Origin: an uncultured virus (IMG/VR IMGVR_UViG_3300028586_000757)
Lineage: Duplodnaviria; Heunggongvirae; Uroviricota; Caudoviricetes
Strand: one strand, 5' to 3'
IMG/VR virus record: IMGVR_UViG_3300028586_000757
Length of the DNA stretch: 64,000 bases
Shown: piece after piece, positions 39,052-48,291 of the stretch
Layout: every line of letters starts with the position of its first letter
Numbering within the stretch: position 1 is the first letter of the stretch
Notes under the pieces: model-generated
Databases searched by the model: none
Told to the model about the DNA's origin: nothing
Seen by the model: the letters and a program-made list of their open reading frames with translations, nothing else
Position numbers and translations under genes: made by a program

Positions 39052-40066
39052 AGACTTGGCCGCGGAAGGCCTGCTTCGCGGACTTCCGGTACAAACTGCT
39101 GAGAAAGACATCCACATCACGGAGCTGCTCAAGGGATTGAGCGAGCTCCGTGTTTCACATGAGCACTTCAGTGACATAGATGTTCGGCGAGGGGAGGTTG
39201 TTCGCCAAGACCCGGGGATTCAGCTTGTTTTCGCGGGCGGGACGTGTCTGTCAAAAGCGCACGGGCTCATCCACCGAATGTCAGAAGATATTGACATCAA
39301 GGTGTTGCTGCTGCCGCCTGATAAGCCCTTAAGAAAGGGACGCACTGACCGTGTCCGGTTAGTAGCCCTACATGAAGCGATACCCCCGCTCTTGGACTCG
39401 CTTGGTTTTCCCTTGCTCGCGGCACCAAACGGAGAAAATCCCCACATCCGGAACAAGCACCGGTACTGCGAGGTCGGCGCCGGCTACCAGTCGGCCTATC
39501 CGCAGCTTCCAAGCTTGCGCCCAGAGCTTAAGCTCGAGCTCATGCAACGCCAACCGAGGCTTCCCTTGGAGACCCGTACGTTCGGGTACCTCTACGAATC
39601 GTTAGCGGGACTGAAGCTAAGCTCCCCTGTATCCATCGCATGCATATCCGTTGCTGAAACGACCGCTGAAAAGGTGTTGTCGTTATTACGTCGGTGCGCG
39701 TGTAGCTGGGACGGATATCAAACGAAAGGGGACCTAGACCCTGCCCTCGTTCGCCATGTCTATGACGTCGCCAAGATAGCGGAACTTGCTCCTGAGGCGT
39801 TGCCCGCGGCACGAGAGGTATTTCCTCAGCTTGTCATCAGCGACCGCGACGAATACGAGGGGCAGCACCCTGAATTCGACGCCGACCCGATTGGGGTACT
39901 TCGTCGCACTCTTTTGGCGGCCAGAGAAAATGGCAAGTTGAAGAAGCAGTACGTTGAGAACCTGCTCCCTCTGGTGTACGAGACAAGCGCTCCTGACTTT
40001 GAGCGGTCCTTTGACGTATTTGAGGCGGTAGCTCGCGACTTCCTAGACGGTGACCGAGGTCGCTGA
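39014..40066 (+). CDS. AbiEii/AbiGii family nucleotidyltransferase toxin
   Basis: EKD, FAGGTCLSKAHGLIHRMSEDIDI, AEK, RHVYD. Confidence 0.9.
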   Translation: MRTISEKQRQALEDLAAEGLLRGLPVQTAEKDIHITELLKGLSELRVSHEHFSDIDVRRGEVVRQDPGIQLVFAGGTCLSKAHGLIHRMSEDIDIKVLLLPPDKPLRKGRTDRVRLVALHEAIPPLLDSLGFPLLAAPNGENPHIRNKHRYCEVGAGYQSAYPQLPSLRPELKLELMQRQPRLPLETRTFGYLYESLAGLKLSSPVSIACISVAETTAEKVLSLLRRCACSWDGYQTKGDLDPALVRHVYDVAKIAELAPEALPAAREVFPQLVISDRDEYEGQHPEFDADPIGVLRRTLLAARENGKLKKQYVENLLPLVYETSAPDFERSFDVFEAVARDFLDGDRGR

Positions 40067-40187
40067 AGCACTCCAACGCAGTGCTTGTCAGGACTAAGGC
40101 GGCTAGTCACATCCTGCCCCTCGTAAAGCAGCCGGCTCAAAAGAAAAGGGGCGCGAGCCCCTTTGTTAACCTCCGCTCGCCCGCGGC

Positions 40188-40613
40188 TCAAGGACAGCTG
40201 ATGGTGTGCGTTTCGTTGCCAGCCTCGTAGCGATAGCCTTCCTTGACGTAGCTCTTTGCCACACCACTGCAGGTGTAGTCGACGCGAACGCCTTTGTAGA
40301 CACCTGGGTATGTATCGATGCCCAGGACGGTGAAGGGATTAAAGGTGCAGGAGGTTTTTCCGTTGCACACAGGGCCCAACTTCGCGGTGAGGTTGCCGTT
40401 GTAGTCATGTGTGTTCGGGTTGAAATAGGTCGCCGTGACAATCGTGATGCCCGCCGCGGGAGGTGGCGTCACCGTTGAGGGCGAGCCTGCTGGCGCCTTT
40501 AGGCCAGCTGCGGTATGTTGATAGGAGTACGTCGGGGTAGTGGCGGCCATCGCTGTGGATGCCGTGACTGCCAACACAGCGGCAGAAATGAGTTTTTTGG
40601 TGAAAGAGAGCAT
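40188..40613 (-). CDS. Small secreted protein with SUEL/galactose-lectin-like domain
   Basis: Signal peptide AMA; ITIVTATY...CNGKTSC...GID.YPGVYK...VDYTC. Confidence 0.65.
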   Translation of the reverse strand: MLSFTKKLISAAVLAVTASTAMAATTPTYSYQHTAAGLKAPAGSPSTVTPPPAAGITIVTATYFNPNTHDYNGNLTAKLGPVCNGKTSCTFNPFTVLGIDTYPGVYKGVRVDYTCSGVAKSYVKEGYRYEAGNETHTISCP

Positions 40614-40711
40614 GGCAAAAGCGGCGGGGGGGGAATTTTCGTATAGCGCCCCTTTGTATCCCTGGATAGGTGCGCGGGGTTGGTGGGGAGGGCCGTCCAC
40701 CTACGGGCCAG

Positions 40712-41149
40712 TTACTCGTTATTCAAGTCAACACCATAACGTTCGCAAGCCTGTGACCATGCACTTGCGTTACCTTCCTCGCCGAGTAGGATTTCGGAGA
40801 AGTGTTCGGTTTCTTCAATATCCGCGGACAGGTCCAACTCAGCCTGGCGGTAGTACACCCGTTCGTTCTTTTCGAGCACGTATTCGGCTTCGAGCGTGCA
40901 TTCTGTCGCCAGGAAAACACGCATCGTGACGCCTCCCACCGGCATCTCATCTGACATCGCGAAATAGAACAGTTCGGGATATACGCGGCTGCTGGTGTCG
41001 CACACAGCCACACAGCTGGGCAGGTCGTGGTGCAGCTCTAGCGGTGCGTCGCCGTAGGTCGCTGGCACCGCCAGGACTTTTTCCCGAAACTGGGCAATCT
41101 TTTCAGCTGGGCCTACTGCGTAGACGGTGACGGAATAATCGATAGACAC
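40712..41149 (-). CDS. Hypothetical protein
   Basis: AGGAGG RBS before GTG. Confidence 0.65.
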   Translation of the reverse strand: MSIDYSVTVYAVGPAEKIAQFREKVLAVPATYGDAPLELHHDLPSCVAVCDTSSRVYPELFYFAMSDEMPVGGVTMRVFLATECTLEAEYVLEKNERVYYRQAELDLSADIEETEHFSEILLGEEGNASAWSQACERYGVDLNNE

Positions 41150-41281
41150 GTGGCCCTCCTAGGCACGATTAAGGCGACTTCGTGTAGCGAGTGCCTTCGG
41201 GGCAACTGCTCCCGTCCGTAGGATTTCGCCCAAAGAAAAGCCCTTCCTGGTAAAGGAAGGGCTCGAATGATGCAGATGCGG

Positions 41282-42166
41282 TTAGTGCTTGCCGCGCAGT
41301 CGGTTGATGAGAGTGTGACCACCCGCCAATGCCAGGCCGATGACGATACCCACCACGATGTCAGCTGCGAAGCCAACGGTCCAGTGCGAATACTCCACAT
41401 GAACCATGTGGGTGAAGATGCCGCCAGCAACAGCGAACATTGCCACCATGCCGACCGGGTCCAGGAATTTCAGGACGACGGGAGATGCGGTGACCATCTT
41501 GCGGCCAACGTTACGACGGAACGAGCTTTCGGATTTGGCCAGAGCCAGTCCCATGTCGTCCAGTCGGATGATGACGCCGATGAGGCCGTAGACGCCCAGG
41601 GTCATCACGATGCTGACCAGGAACAGCACGGCTGCCTTGTAGGCCAGCGATGCTTCGCCGGTAGCGGCCAGAGCGATGACGAGAATTTCCAGGCTCAGCA
41701 CCAGGTCGGTGCGGATAGCGCCTTTGACCTTCTGGTCTTCGTTCAGCACTTCTTCTTCCTCTTCAGCGCCGTGTGGGTGGAAACGCTCGAGGAGCGCTTC
41801 GCCGCCTTCGTAGGCCAGGTAGAGGGCACCCAGGCCCAGCGCCACGGTGATGGCCACTGGCAGGAATGCGCTTACGACCAGCAGCACGACGCTCAGCACT
41901 GCCTTGTTCAAGGCGCTGCCTTTGGTGATTTTCCAGAGAGCAGGGAGCTCACGGTTGGGCGAGAGGCCCTCACCAACTTGGCCAGCGCCTACTGCCAGGT
42001 CGTCACCGGCGACGCCGGCGGTCTTTGCAGCAGCTTTGCCGGTGAGCGATGCGATGTCGTCGGCGGCCGCGGTCAGTTTGGCGCTTTGAGCAGCGAGGTC
42101 GTCGGCTGCAGCGGCAGCAAGTTTGGCGGTGTCACGCAGAACGGCGAAAAAAGCAGAAGTAGGCAT
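41282..42166 (-). CDS. DUF808 (YedI-like) inner membrane protein
   Basis: DDIA...AAAKTAGV.GDDLA, RELP..WKI.KGS..NK, GAIRTD.VLS.EI, DD.GL. Confidence 0.9.
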   Translation of the reverse strand: MPTSAFFAVLRDTAKLAAAAADDLAAQSAKLTAAADDIASLTGKAAAKTAGVAGDDLAVGAGQVGEGLSPNRELPALWKITKGSALNKAVLSVVLLVVSAFLPVAITVALGLGALYLAYEGGEALLERFHPHGAEEEEEVLNEDQKVKGAIRTDLVLSLEILVIALAATGEASLAYKAAVLFLVSIVMTLGVYGLIGVIIRLDDMGLALAKSESSFRRNVGRKMVTASPVVLKFLDPVGMVAMFAVAGGIFTHMVHVEYSHWTVGFAADIVVGIVIGLALAGGHTLINRLRGKH

Positions 42167-42358
42167 AGTTTCTCAAAAAAGTTTGGCATGCTGTCGACCT
42201 GGGATAGGCGGCAACATGGTCCTGTTAATAAAAGTCCTAAGCTGTCTAGCTACCGTCGTAAGTAAACTCAGACAGCCTATCGCCCGGGGCCGGCGGCAGG
42301 GTGGTGTCAGCAACAAAAAAGCTCCTTCATCGAAGGAGCTTTAGTGAATAGGGCAAAG

Positions 42359-42766
42359 TCAGGGCAGCGTGCGGAAAATTTTCACCAGTGCGGCAAAAGC
42401 GCCCAGCAAAGTCAGACCCATGGTGACAAGCAGCAGTTTGTGTTGCCAAGGCATAGGTTTGCCCAGGGTAGCGTCAGATACTGTCAGAGGCCAGGCACTG
42501 CCGACTTCAATTTTTGCGTAGCGGGTAGCATCCATCGAAACATCCTGCAGAGCACCGTCTGGCAGACGAACCGATAGCGAGTAGTGCGACGCTTCCTTCG
42601 TTTTAGCGACGATGGTGCCTTGCACGATGCGTGCGGCGGTGTAACTCGTCGGGATGTTGCATTCCACCAGAAACGCCAGGACCAGTGCCATGGCGAGCCA
42701 CAACATCTTTTGGGCCAGCGAGACCTGGGCTCGAACTTCTCCTGCGGTTTGATAAAGCGCGCTCAT
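42359..42766 (-). CDS. 2-TM membrane protein
   Basis: AAAGGA RBS; TM-periplasmic-TM layout. Confidence 0.7.
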   Translation of the reverse strand: MSALYQTAGEVRAQVSLAQKMLWLAMALVLAFLVECNIPTSYTAARIVQGTIVAKTKEASHYSLSVRLPDGALQDVSMDATRYAKIEVGSAWPLTVSDATLGKPMPWQHKLLLVTMGLTLLGAFAALVKIFRTLP

Positions 42767-42881
42767 GATGTAATCCTTTTCTATTAAATGGGCCTGTCGC
42801 TTATAGCGAACTGCTCGAACTACGCCGCTCTAAGGCAGCACCGCATGAAAGAAGCCGACCAGGAGGTCGGCTTCAGAATGG

Positions 42882-43190
42882 TTAGCGCAGAAGGCCTTTT
42901 TTCGAGAGCGGCTTTTTGCGTTTTACAGGGGGCAAGACAGGAGTTTTGACGCCCTGGAATTTCTGGATGTCTCGTTCCGTAGCTCTGCCGAGCCGGCGTA
43001 GCCGCTGGATTTCCTGGTCCAGCTGCTCCGAAGTGCAGTTGCCGTCCGGGCAAATCCACCAGAAGCGCCTGATGATTGTGTTATTGTCTTCGTGAAGGAA
43101 GCGCCCCATCACCTTGAAAAGCGCGGTCTGCTCGCGAGTCTGATAGTGTCCCTGTGGAGTAGGGATGTCTTTGGCGGGTTTAAAGCCCAT
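42882..43190 (-). CDS. Small basic hypothetical protein
   Basis: GAGGA RBS before ATG at 43190. Confidence 0.55.
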   Translation of the reverse strand: MGFKPAKDIPTPQGHYQTREQTALFKVMGRFLHEDNNTIIRRFWWICPDGNCTSEQLDQEIQRLRRLGRATERDIQKFQGVKTPVLPPVKRKKPLSKKGLLR

Positions 43191-43268
43191 GGTTATCCTC
43201 GAAGCTATCGGTGTCGTACTTGAAAACAAATGCTTTGGAGCGCCGTAGCCTGGCGGGCAGGTTCCTGA

Positions 43269-44549
43269 TTAGCCAATAGCAAGCTCCAGCTCGAGCGACT
43301 GCCGGCTCTCCTGAATCTCAGGCCAACTTGGCAGGTGCAGGTGATAGCCGGGCTGCTTCTCAAAACGGGTGGCGCCTCCAATCACGTATTCCAGCATGCA
43401 GTCCGTAGACAGCCAATGGCGGCCTAGCTGCTCTGCTGCATCAGCGGTGGTAAACGAGCCGCCGAAGGGGTCAACGACCAGGTCGCCTGGTTCCGACAAG
43501 AACTCAATCAAGAACTTGGCAAGCTTGAGCGGCATTGGCGCGCCGTGTACCGGCAGACCCAACGATTTTGCGAGCTTCTTGTAAGCCAGCTGCGCGGCGC
43601 AGCGGTGCCCGAACTCCAAGACGTTCTTTGGAATGCGGCCTTCCGTCGCGTTGCCGAAGCTTCCCTCCCGGATAGAGTAGGCGCCGTCCGAGAATTGGCC
43701 CGTGCGCTGTTCTCCGCCTTGATGAATCAGGGCGAGATGCCTTTCAGTGTGCTCCTGCAGCACGCGCCGGTTGTTCGACTTCACGCTGTGTGGGTCGTTC
43801 GTGAACCAATACACGGGCTCGTACGCGACATTGAGCTGCGTGCGGTCCTTGCTGGCGTACTGATACGGGCCTGGCGGCTTGGACTTGTTGACCCAGATGA
43901 ACTCGTCCATTTTGAACAAGCCCAGACGGTCGTGCAGCGCCAACACCAGACGTTCCCGATACAACGAGCGCGCGGGGGACTGTGGCATGAAGATGTCATT
44001 GCTCACGTTCAGTGCAATGCTTCCGCCCCGAACGAGGTTCTTGACGAGTGGCTCGAGCATTTTGCATACCCAATCGACGTACTCAGGTTCGGTCGGATTA
44101 CCGTATTTGCGGGCAGAGGCCAGCGGGTACGGCGGCGAGGTCAGCACGAGGGTAATCGGAGAATCGATTTTTGAGAACACCGAGTCGCAGCTACCCAGAA
44201 TGGCGATACCCAGTTTCGTCGAGAAGCCCAGGACAGAGACCGAGTTGCTGATACGGTTCAGGTCCTTGGCGGCCGGCTTTGTGAGCTGCCATACGCCGCG
44301 GTGGCCTTCAACGTGGTCCAGGATGCCGGCCGTTCGCAGGGTTTGTTGATACCAGCGAATTTTACGGTGGAACAGGTTGTGAGCAGCACCGCTTTTGCCC
44401 ACCGCATCCCGCCGATTCGCTTCTTCTTCGTCGATGCCGACGGACTTGGCGACCGTTTGGTACAGGTCTTTGTTTTCGATAACGCCGTCTGACGTCTCGG
44501 AGTACGCGTGCAATACGCTCGCGAACAGATTGAGCTGAGTAGGTTTCAC
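43269..44549 (-). CDS. Orphan site-specific DNA methyltransferase (N4-C/N6-A, beta class)
   Basis: TSPPY catalytic motif before DPFGGS SAM motif; N-terminal HTH-like extension; AGGAG RBS. Confidence 0.9.
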   Translation of the reverse strand: MKPTQLNLFASVLHAYSETSDGVIENKDLYQTVAKSVGIDEEEANRRDAVGKSGAAHNLFHRKIRWYQQTLRTAGILDHVEGHRGVWQLTKPAAKDLNRISNSVSVLGFSTKLGIAILGSCDSVFSKIDSPITLVLTSPPYPLASARKYGNPTEPEYVDWVCKMLEPLVKNLVRGGSIALNVSNDIFMPQSPARSLYRERLVLALHDRLGLFKMDEFIWVNKSKPPGPYQYASKDRTQLNVAYEPVYWFTNDPHSVKSNNRRVLQEHTERHLALIHQGGEQRTGQFSDGAYSIREGSFGNATEGRIPKNVLEFGHRCAAQLAYKKLAKSLGLPVHGAPMPLKLAKFLIEFLSEPGDLVVDPFGGSFTTADAAEQLGRHWLSTDCMLEYVIGGATRFEKQPGYHLHLPSWPEIQESRQSLELELAIG

Positions 44550-44872
44550 GCCTCTCTCCTATGTAAATTGTCCTACCTGGTGTAGCGAAGCAGATGCGAA
44601 GGCTAGACAGGACGTATTTGTGCTCCCGGAAGCAGGCGTGCGTTGTCCATGAACCAACTGCTGAAAAAGTGCTGGGGCAGCGAGCAGCGGAAGCGGTGAG
44701 AACTAAGCTGGCGCCGATGGCTCCGGACTTGGCGCGCTGACCAAGGAACCCCGCAATTCGGTTTGCCAAGTAAGCACGCCGGTGGCGCGCTTGAAGCATT
44801 CGCGTCAGGGCCGGTTGGCGCACTAAAGACAAAGGCGCCCGAAGGCGCCCGTGCAGTTGAAACCAAAGAGGA

Positions 44873-45322
44873 TTACTCGTCCCCCTCGTCCTCATCGTCC
44901 GTCTTTTCAGGCCGTGCAAGCGTCATGCCTTCTTTGAGCAGCTCGGCGATGGTCAGGTCGTCGTAGTCGGTCTCTTCGTCCGGAGCCCAGTCAAGGCCGC
45001 TCGAGTAGATGAGCAGTCCTGACCACAAAGAGGAATCGTCCTCATCGACGCTGTACAGCACTGCCTCGAACTGACGTCCGTAGCCGAGCGCCAGCTGGAA
45101 GGACAGGATGAGCGGAAGCATGTCCTCGGCGTCCATCGCTTCGAGCGCCTGCAGGCCGACGCGACCGCCGGTGTCCGGGTTGCCGTTTTCGACGATGCGC
45201 ACGAAAACCGGACCGGCCTCTTCCGCAAAAATCGAAAGGTCATCGGCGAGCAGTTTGCGCAGAATAGCGACGCTGTGGCCGTCCTCGTCCCAGAGTTCGG
45301 GCAGGTTGGAACTTGTTGTCAT
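44873..45322 (-). CDS. Acidic hypothetical protein
   Basis: TAAGGAG RBS. Confidence 0.7.
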   Translation of the reverse strand: MTTSSNLPELWDEDGHSVAILRKLLADDLSIFAEEAGPVFVRIVENGNPDTGGRVGLQALEAMDAEDMLPLILSFQLALGYGRQFEAVLYSVDEDDSSLWSGLLIYSSGLDWAPDEETDYDDLTIAELLKEGMTLARPEKTDDEDEGDE

Positions 45323-45513
45323 GAACAACTCCTTATCTATGTGGGTGAACCCGGTCTAGCAAAGCGAGTCCCTTTAGCCCTGCGCGCCAGGCACGTTCGC
45401 CGCGCGTCCGGTTCGTCCGCAAGAAAACCAAGCACTGGCGCAACATGGCCGGTTGTCGCCTAAAAGAAACGCGCATGAAGGGCACGTTGGTCATCTGCTA
45501 GTCGGCTTGAAGA

Positions 45514-46893
45514 TTAGCCGTCTGCACCTGCTTTGGCTGCTGCGTTTTGCTCGGAGTACGTTTCGAGGAAGTCCGTCATGTGCTCAAAGACGGCGTACAG
45601 CGATTGTCCGCGCAGAGTGCTGTGCACCTCGTTCAGATAATCCGCAGAGGCATACAAGGAAGCGGTCCACATCTGGAAGCTGTTGTCGACCGGGGACAGC
45701 GTGACGGTGGCGAACGCCCCGTCCGTCGCCAGCGCTACGTGCGCAATGTCCGCAACCATTGCACAAGGGTCCAGGGTGCTGTCGAGTTTTTCGAGAGTAA
45801 TTTTGCCCTGCGTGCCGTCGGGCAGCGTGAAGCTACGTCCTTCGACAGTGAGCGAGAACGGCTTGTCGCTGAATCGCTCAAACAGGACGACATTCACGCC
45901 CAAGAGCTTAGTCAGAATGGAAAGGCTGCGGCCGTCTCGGTCGTAGATGCCCGGAATTTGCGATTTAGCGAGTGCCGTGGTGGTCAGGGGTGTCCCTTCA
46001 TCTACCAAATATGCCGAGCCGGGCTCGAGCAGGTGCCGCGTCCGCTTCCACCTTCCCAGCCGGTCCAGCAGCACGGCTTTCTTCGCTGCCTGCTTTACCA
46101 CCCAGCCCTCGTGCTTGCCCCCGTCCGTGTGTCGGGCCAGCCGCGTCTCGAAGACCCCAACCCAGTAGTCTGCCTGACGAATCAGCCGCATTCTCCATCC
46201 CGAAACCAGTTGCCGCTCCGACGGCAGCACAATCGTGCCGCCGCGGGTCATCTCTTGCGCTTCGGGTGGAAACTTGAAACCCGTCTCAACCGGGATTTCC
46301 GGCAGGCTTGGTTCCAAGCGCTCCAGGACCCTTGCCGCCTTGAGCATCTTCGTTCGGTCGACGCCGTGGAAGAGCGCCATGTGCTTGGCGGACTTGCAGT
46401 GCGCAATGAGGGTCTTCGAACGGAAGTCGATATTGGTCGGCAGCTTCAGTGCTGTGCAGCAGGACAAGCAGTTGTCTTCGGTCGGCTCCCAGAATCCGCC
46501 GTGGAACGTACCCTTCGGATATATCGCGCCACTGGCGACATCCAGATACTCGCGCGCGGCATTCAGTTCTTTCTCCGAAAAGTCCGCGTACTGGCTTGCG
46601 TCTTCCCTGCTTGCGCGCTCCACCAGTGCCTTCTGCACTGCCGCAAGCGTATTCGTTTCCAGGGCATGTAGTTGCTCTGTGAGCGCGGCTACCTTTTGCT
46701 GTGCTTCTTTCCGGACCTGCCAGAGCTGAGCAGACTGCTGCTGCAATTCATCGTCCTGCGGATTCTTGCGGGCGCGTTCCCAAATGTCCCAGTACGCCCG
46801 TTCGCGGTTGTGCAATTCTCGGGTTGCTTCATTGATGGCCGCTTGCAGTGCATCTGCTTGCGGGCCGAGATTGGTTGAGGATGTGTCAGTCAT
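45514..46893 (-). CDS. Multi-domain hypothetical protein with coiled coil and CC...HC...H putative metal-binding module
   Basis: 459-aa ORF; PKGTF...W.P...CC...HCKSAKH. Confidence 0.7.
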   Translation of the reverse strand: MTDTSSTNLGPQADALQAAINEATRELHNRERAYWDIWERARKNPQDDELQQQSAQLWQVRKEAQQKVAALTEQLHALETNTLAAVQKALVERASREDASQYADFSEKELNAAREYLDVASGAIYPKGTFHGGFWEPTEDNCLSCCTALKLPTNIDFRSKTLIAHCKSAKHMALFHGVDRTKMLKAARVLERLEPSLPEIPVETGFKFPPEAQEMTRGGTIVLPSERQLVSGWRMRLIRQADYWVGVFETRLARHTDGGKHEGWVVKQAAKKAVLLDRLGRWKRTRHLLEPGSAYLVDEGTPLTTTALAKSQIPGIYDRDGRSLSILTKLLGVNVVLFERFSDKPFSLTVEGRSFTLPDGTQGKITLEKLDSTLDPCAMVADIAHVALATDGAFATVTLSPVDNSFQMWTASLYASADYLNEVHSTLRGQSLYAVFEHMTDFLETYSEQNAAAKAGADG

Positions 46894-47312
46894 GGTCTTA
46901 TCAAGTTATCAAAAAGTTTGTTTTCTGTTCACGACAGTGATGAACTCGTCGAACTCCCCTTTCGGGGCAGGGGGCTCGGCTACCTCGTCCAGAAAGAGTA
47001 CCGGGCAATCACCGTTGGCCAGGTCCCGCATCATGCGGCGGTGCTGCCGGCGGATATGGGCCATCCGCATCCGGTGATGGCGTAGCACAGCAAAAGGAAG
47101 AGGCGAAGCATGGCAGTCGTTTGGAAAAGAGAAAGATGCCCGTCTAGTCAACGAACTTAGATTGAGGTCGCCTGACCGGCCACCTTTGCGCCATCGTGTC
47201 CCGCTGCCAGACTGCAGGAGCCCTGTTCCTGATGGCATGCACGCCGGCGCCAGCCCATAAAAAACGCTCACCCGGAGGTGAGCGTTTGAATGGTTAAAGC
47301 GAGCTAGCCGAT

Positions 47313-48218
47313 TTACGCCGCTTTCTTGCGCGTCTTCTTGGTCTGGGCCTCGTCCATATCCTTGACGCGAACCAGAACGGCCAGGATGTCGCCGAGCACA
47401 TCGCCCAGGCGCGGATTGGTCATGCCGATACGTTCATACAGCACGGCGCCGTCGCGGTAGTAGGTGGCGCCCAGCTCATCACCGCCTGTGCTGCCGACCA
47501 CGAGACGGTCGCCGCTGGTCAGTTCGATGTCGAGCTTGCCGCGCGGGTAGGTTGCGTCCTCGGTCGCAGCAGCGGCCATCTCCAGGTTCTGAGCACCAAC
47601 CAGGGTGCCCAGGCCGCTGTTGCAGATGATGAACACCGCACGTTCGATGAGGCCACCGTATTCGCTGTTTCGCGGCAGCAGGGACGCATCCTGGTCAGGA
47701 CCGACCAGCCAGCCTTCGCCCAGGGACGCGTCCATCGTGCCACGGCCCGGGACGTACTCGGTCTCGACCACGCCGGAGTTGAAGCCTGCTTGCAGGTCTG
47801 CTGCCCAGCGCACGCCGCCGTCGCGGTGCTTGACCGTCTCCGTGCGGATAGGCTTGTCGGCGTCGAACGGCACATAGGTACAGACCTGGCCGGCATACTT
47901 GGCCTGGAGGGCTTGAGCCTGCTCCACGCTGGCGCTGCCGAGCATCTGGATACCATCGTCGCGGTCCATCGCGTCTGCGAGCTTCTCGGCGGCCGCGTCA
48001 CCTGGCTGAGCCAGGACAAAGCCATTTTCGGCCAAGTAACGCGCGATGCCGATGCCGTTGATACGCTTTTCCTTGAAGGAGGTCATCTTGCCGGTGGAGA
48101 GCAGAACATGCGATTTCGCGTCCCCTTTTTGGGCCGGGTAGACCGCCACGCCTTTTGCGCCCGAGTTGAAGCTCAGTGCTGCACCGTTGACGCCAACATA
48201 GATTTTGTTCGTTTTCAT
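47313..48218 (-). CDS. Hypothetical protein
   Basis: AAAGGA RBS; terminator at 47259-47287. Confidence 0.7.
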   Translation of the reverse strand: MKTNKIYVGVNGAALSFNSGAKGVAVYPAQKGDAKSHVLLSTGKMTSFKEKRINGIGIARYLAENGFVLAQPGDAAAEKLADAMDRDDGIQMLGSASVEQAQALQAKYAGQVCTYVPFDADKPIRTETVKHRDGGVRWAADLQAGFNSGVVETEYVPGRGTMDASLGEGWLVGPDQDASLLPRNSEYGGLIERAVFIICNSGLGTLVGAQNLEMAAAATEDATYPRGKLDIELTSGDRLVVGSTGGDELGATYYRDGAVLYERIGMTNPRLGDVLGDILAVLVRVKDMDEAQTKKTRKKAA

Positions 48219-48291
48219 GCGTTGTCCTTTGAAGTGAAAAATGCCCTTACATACAAGCATAGCCACGGCGCTGGGGCCGGCTGCACCGTCG

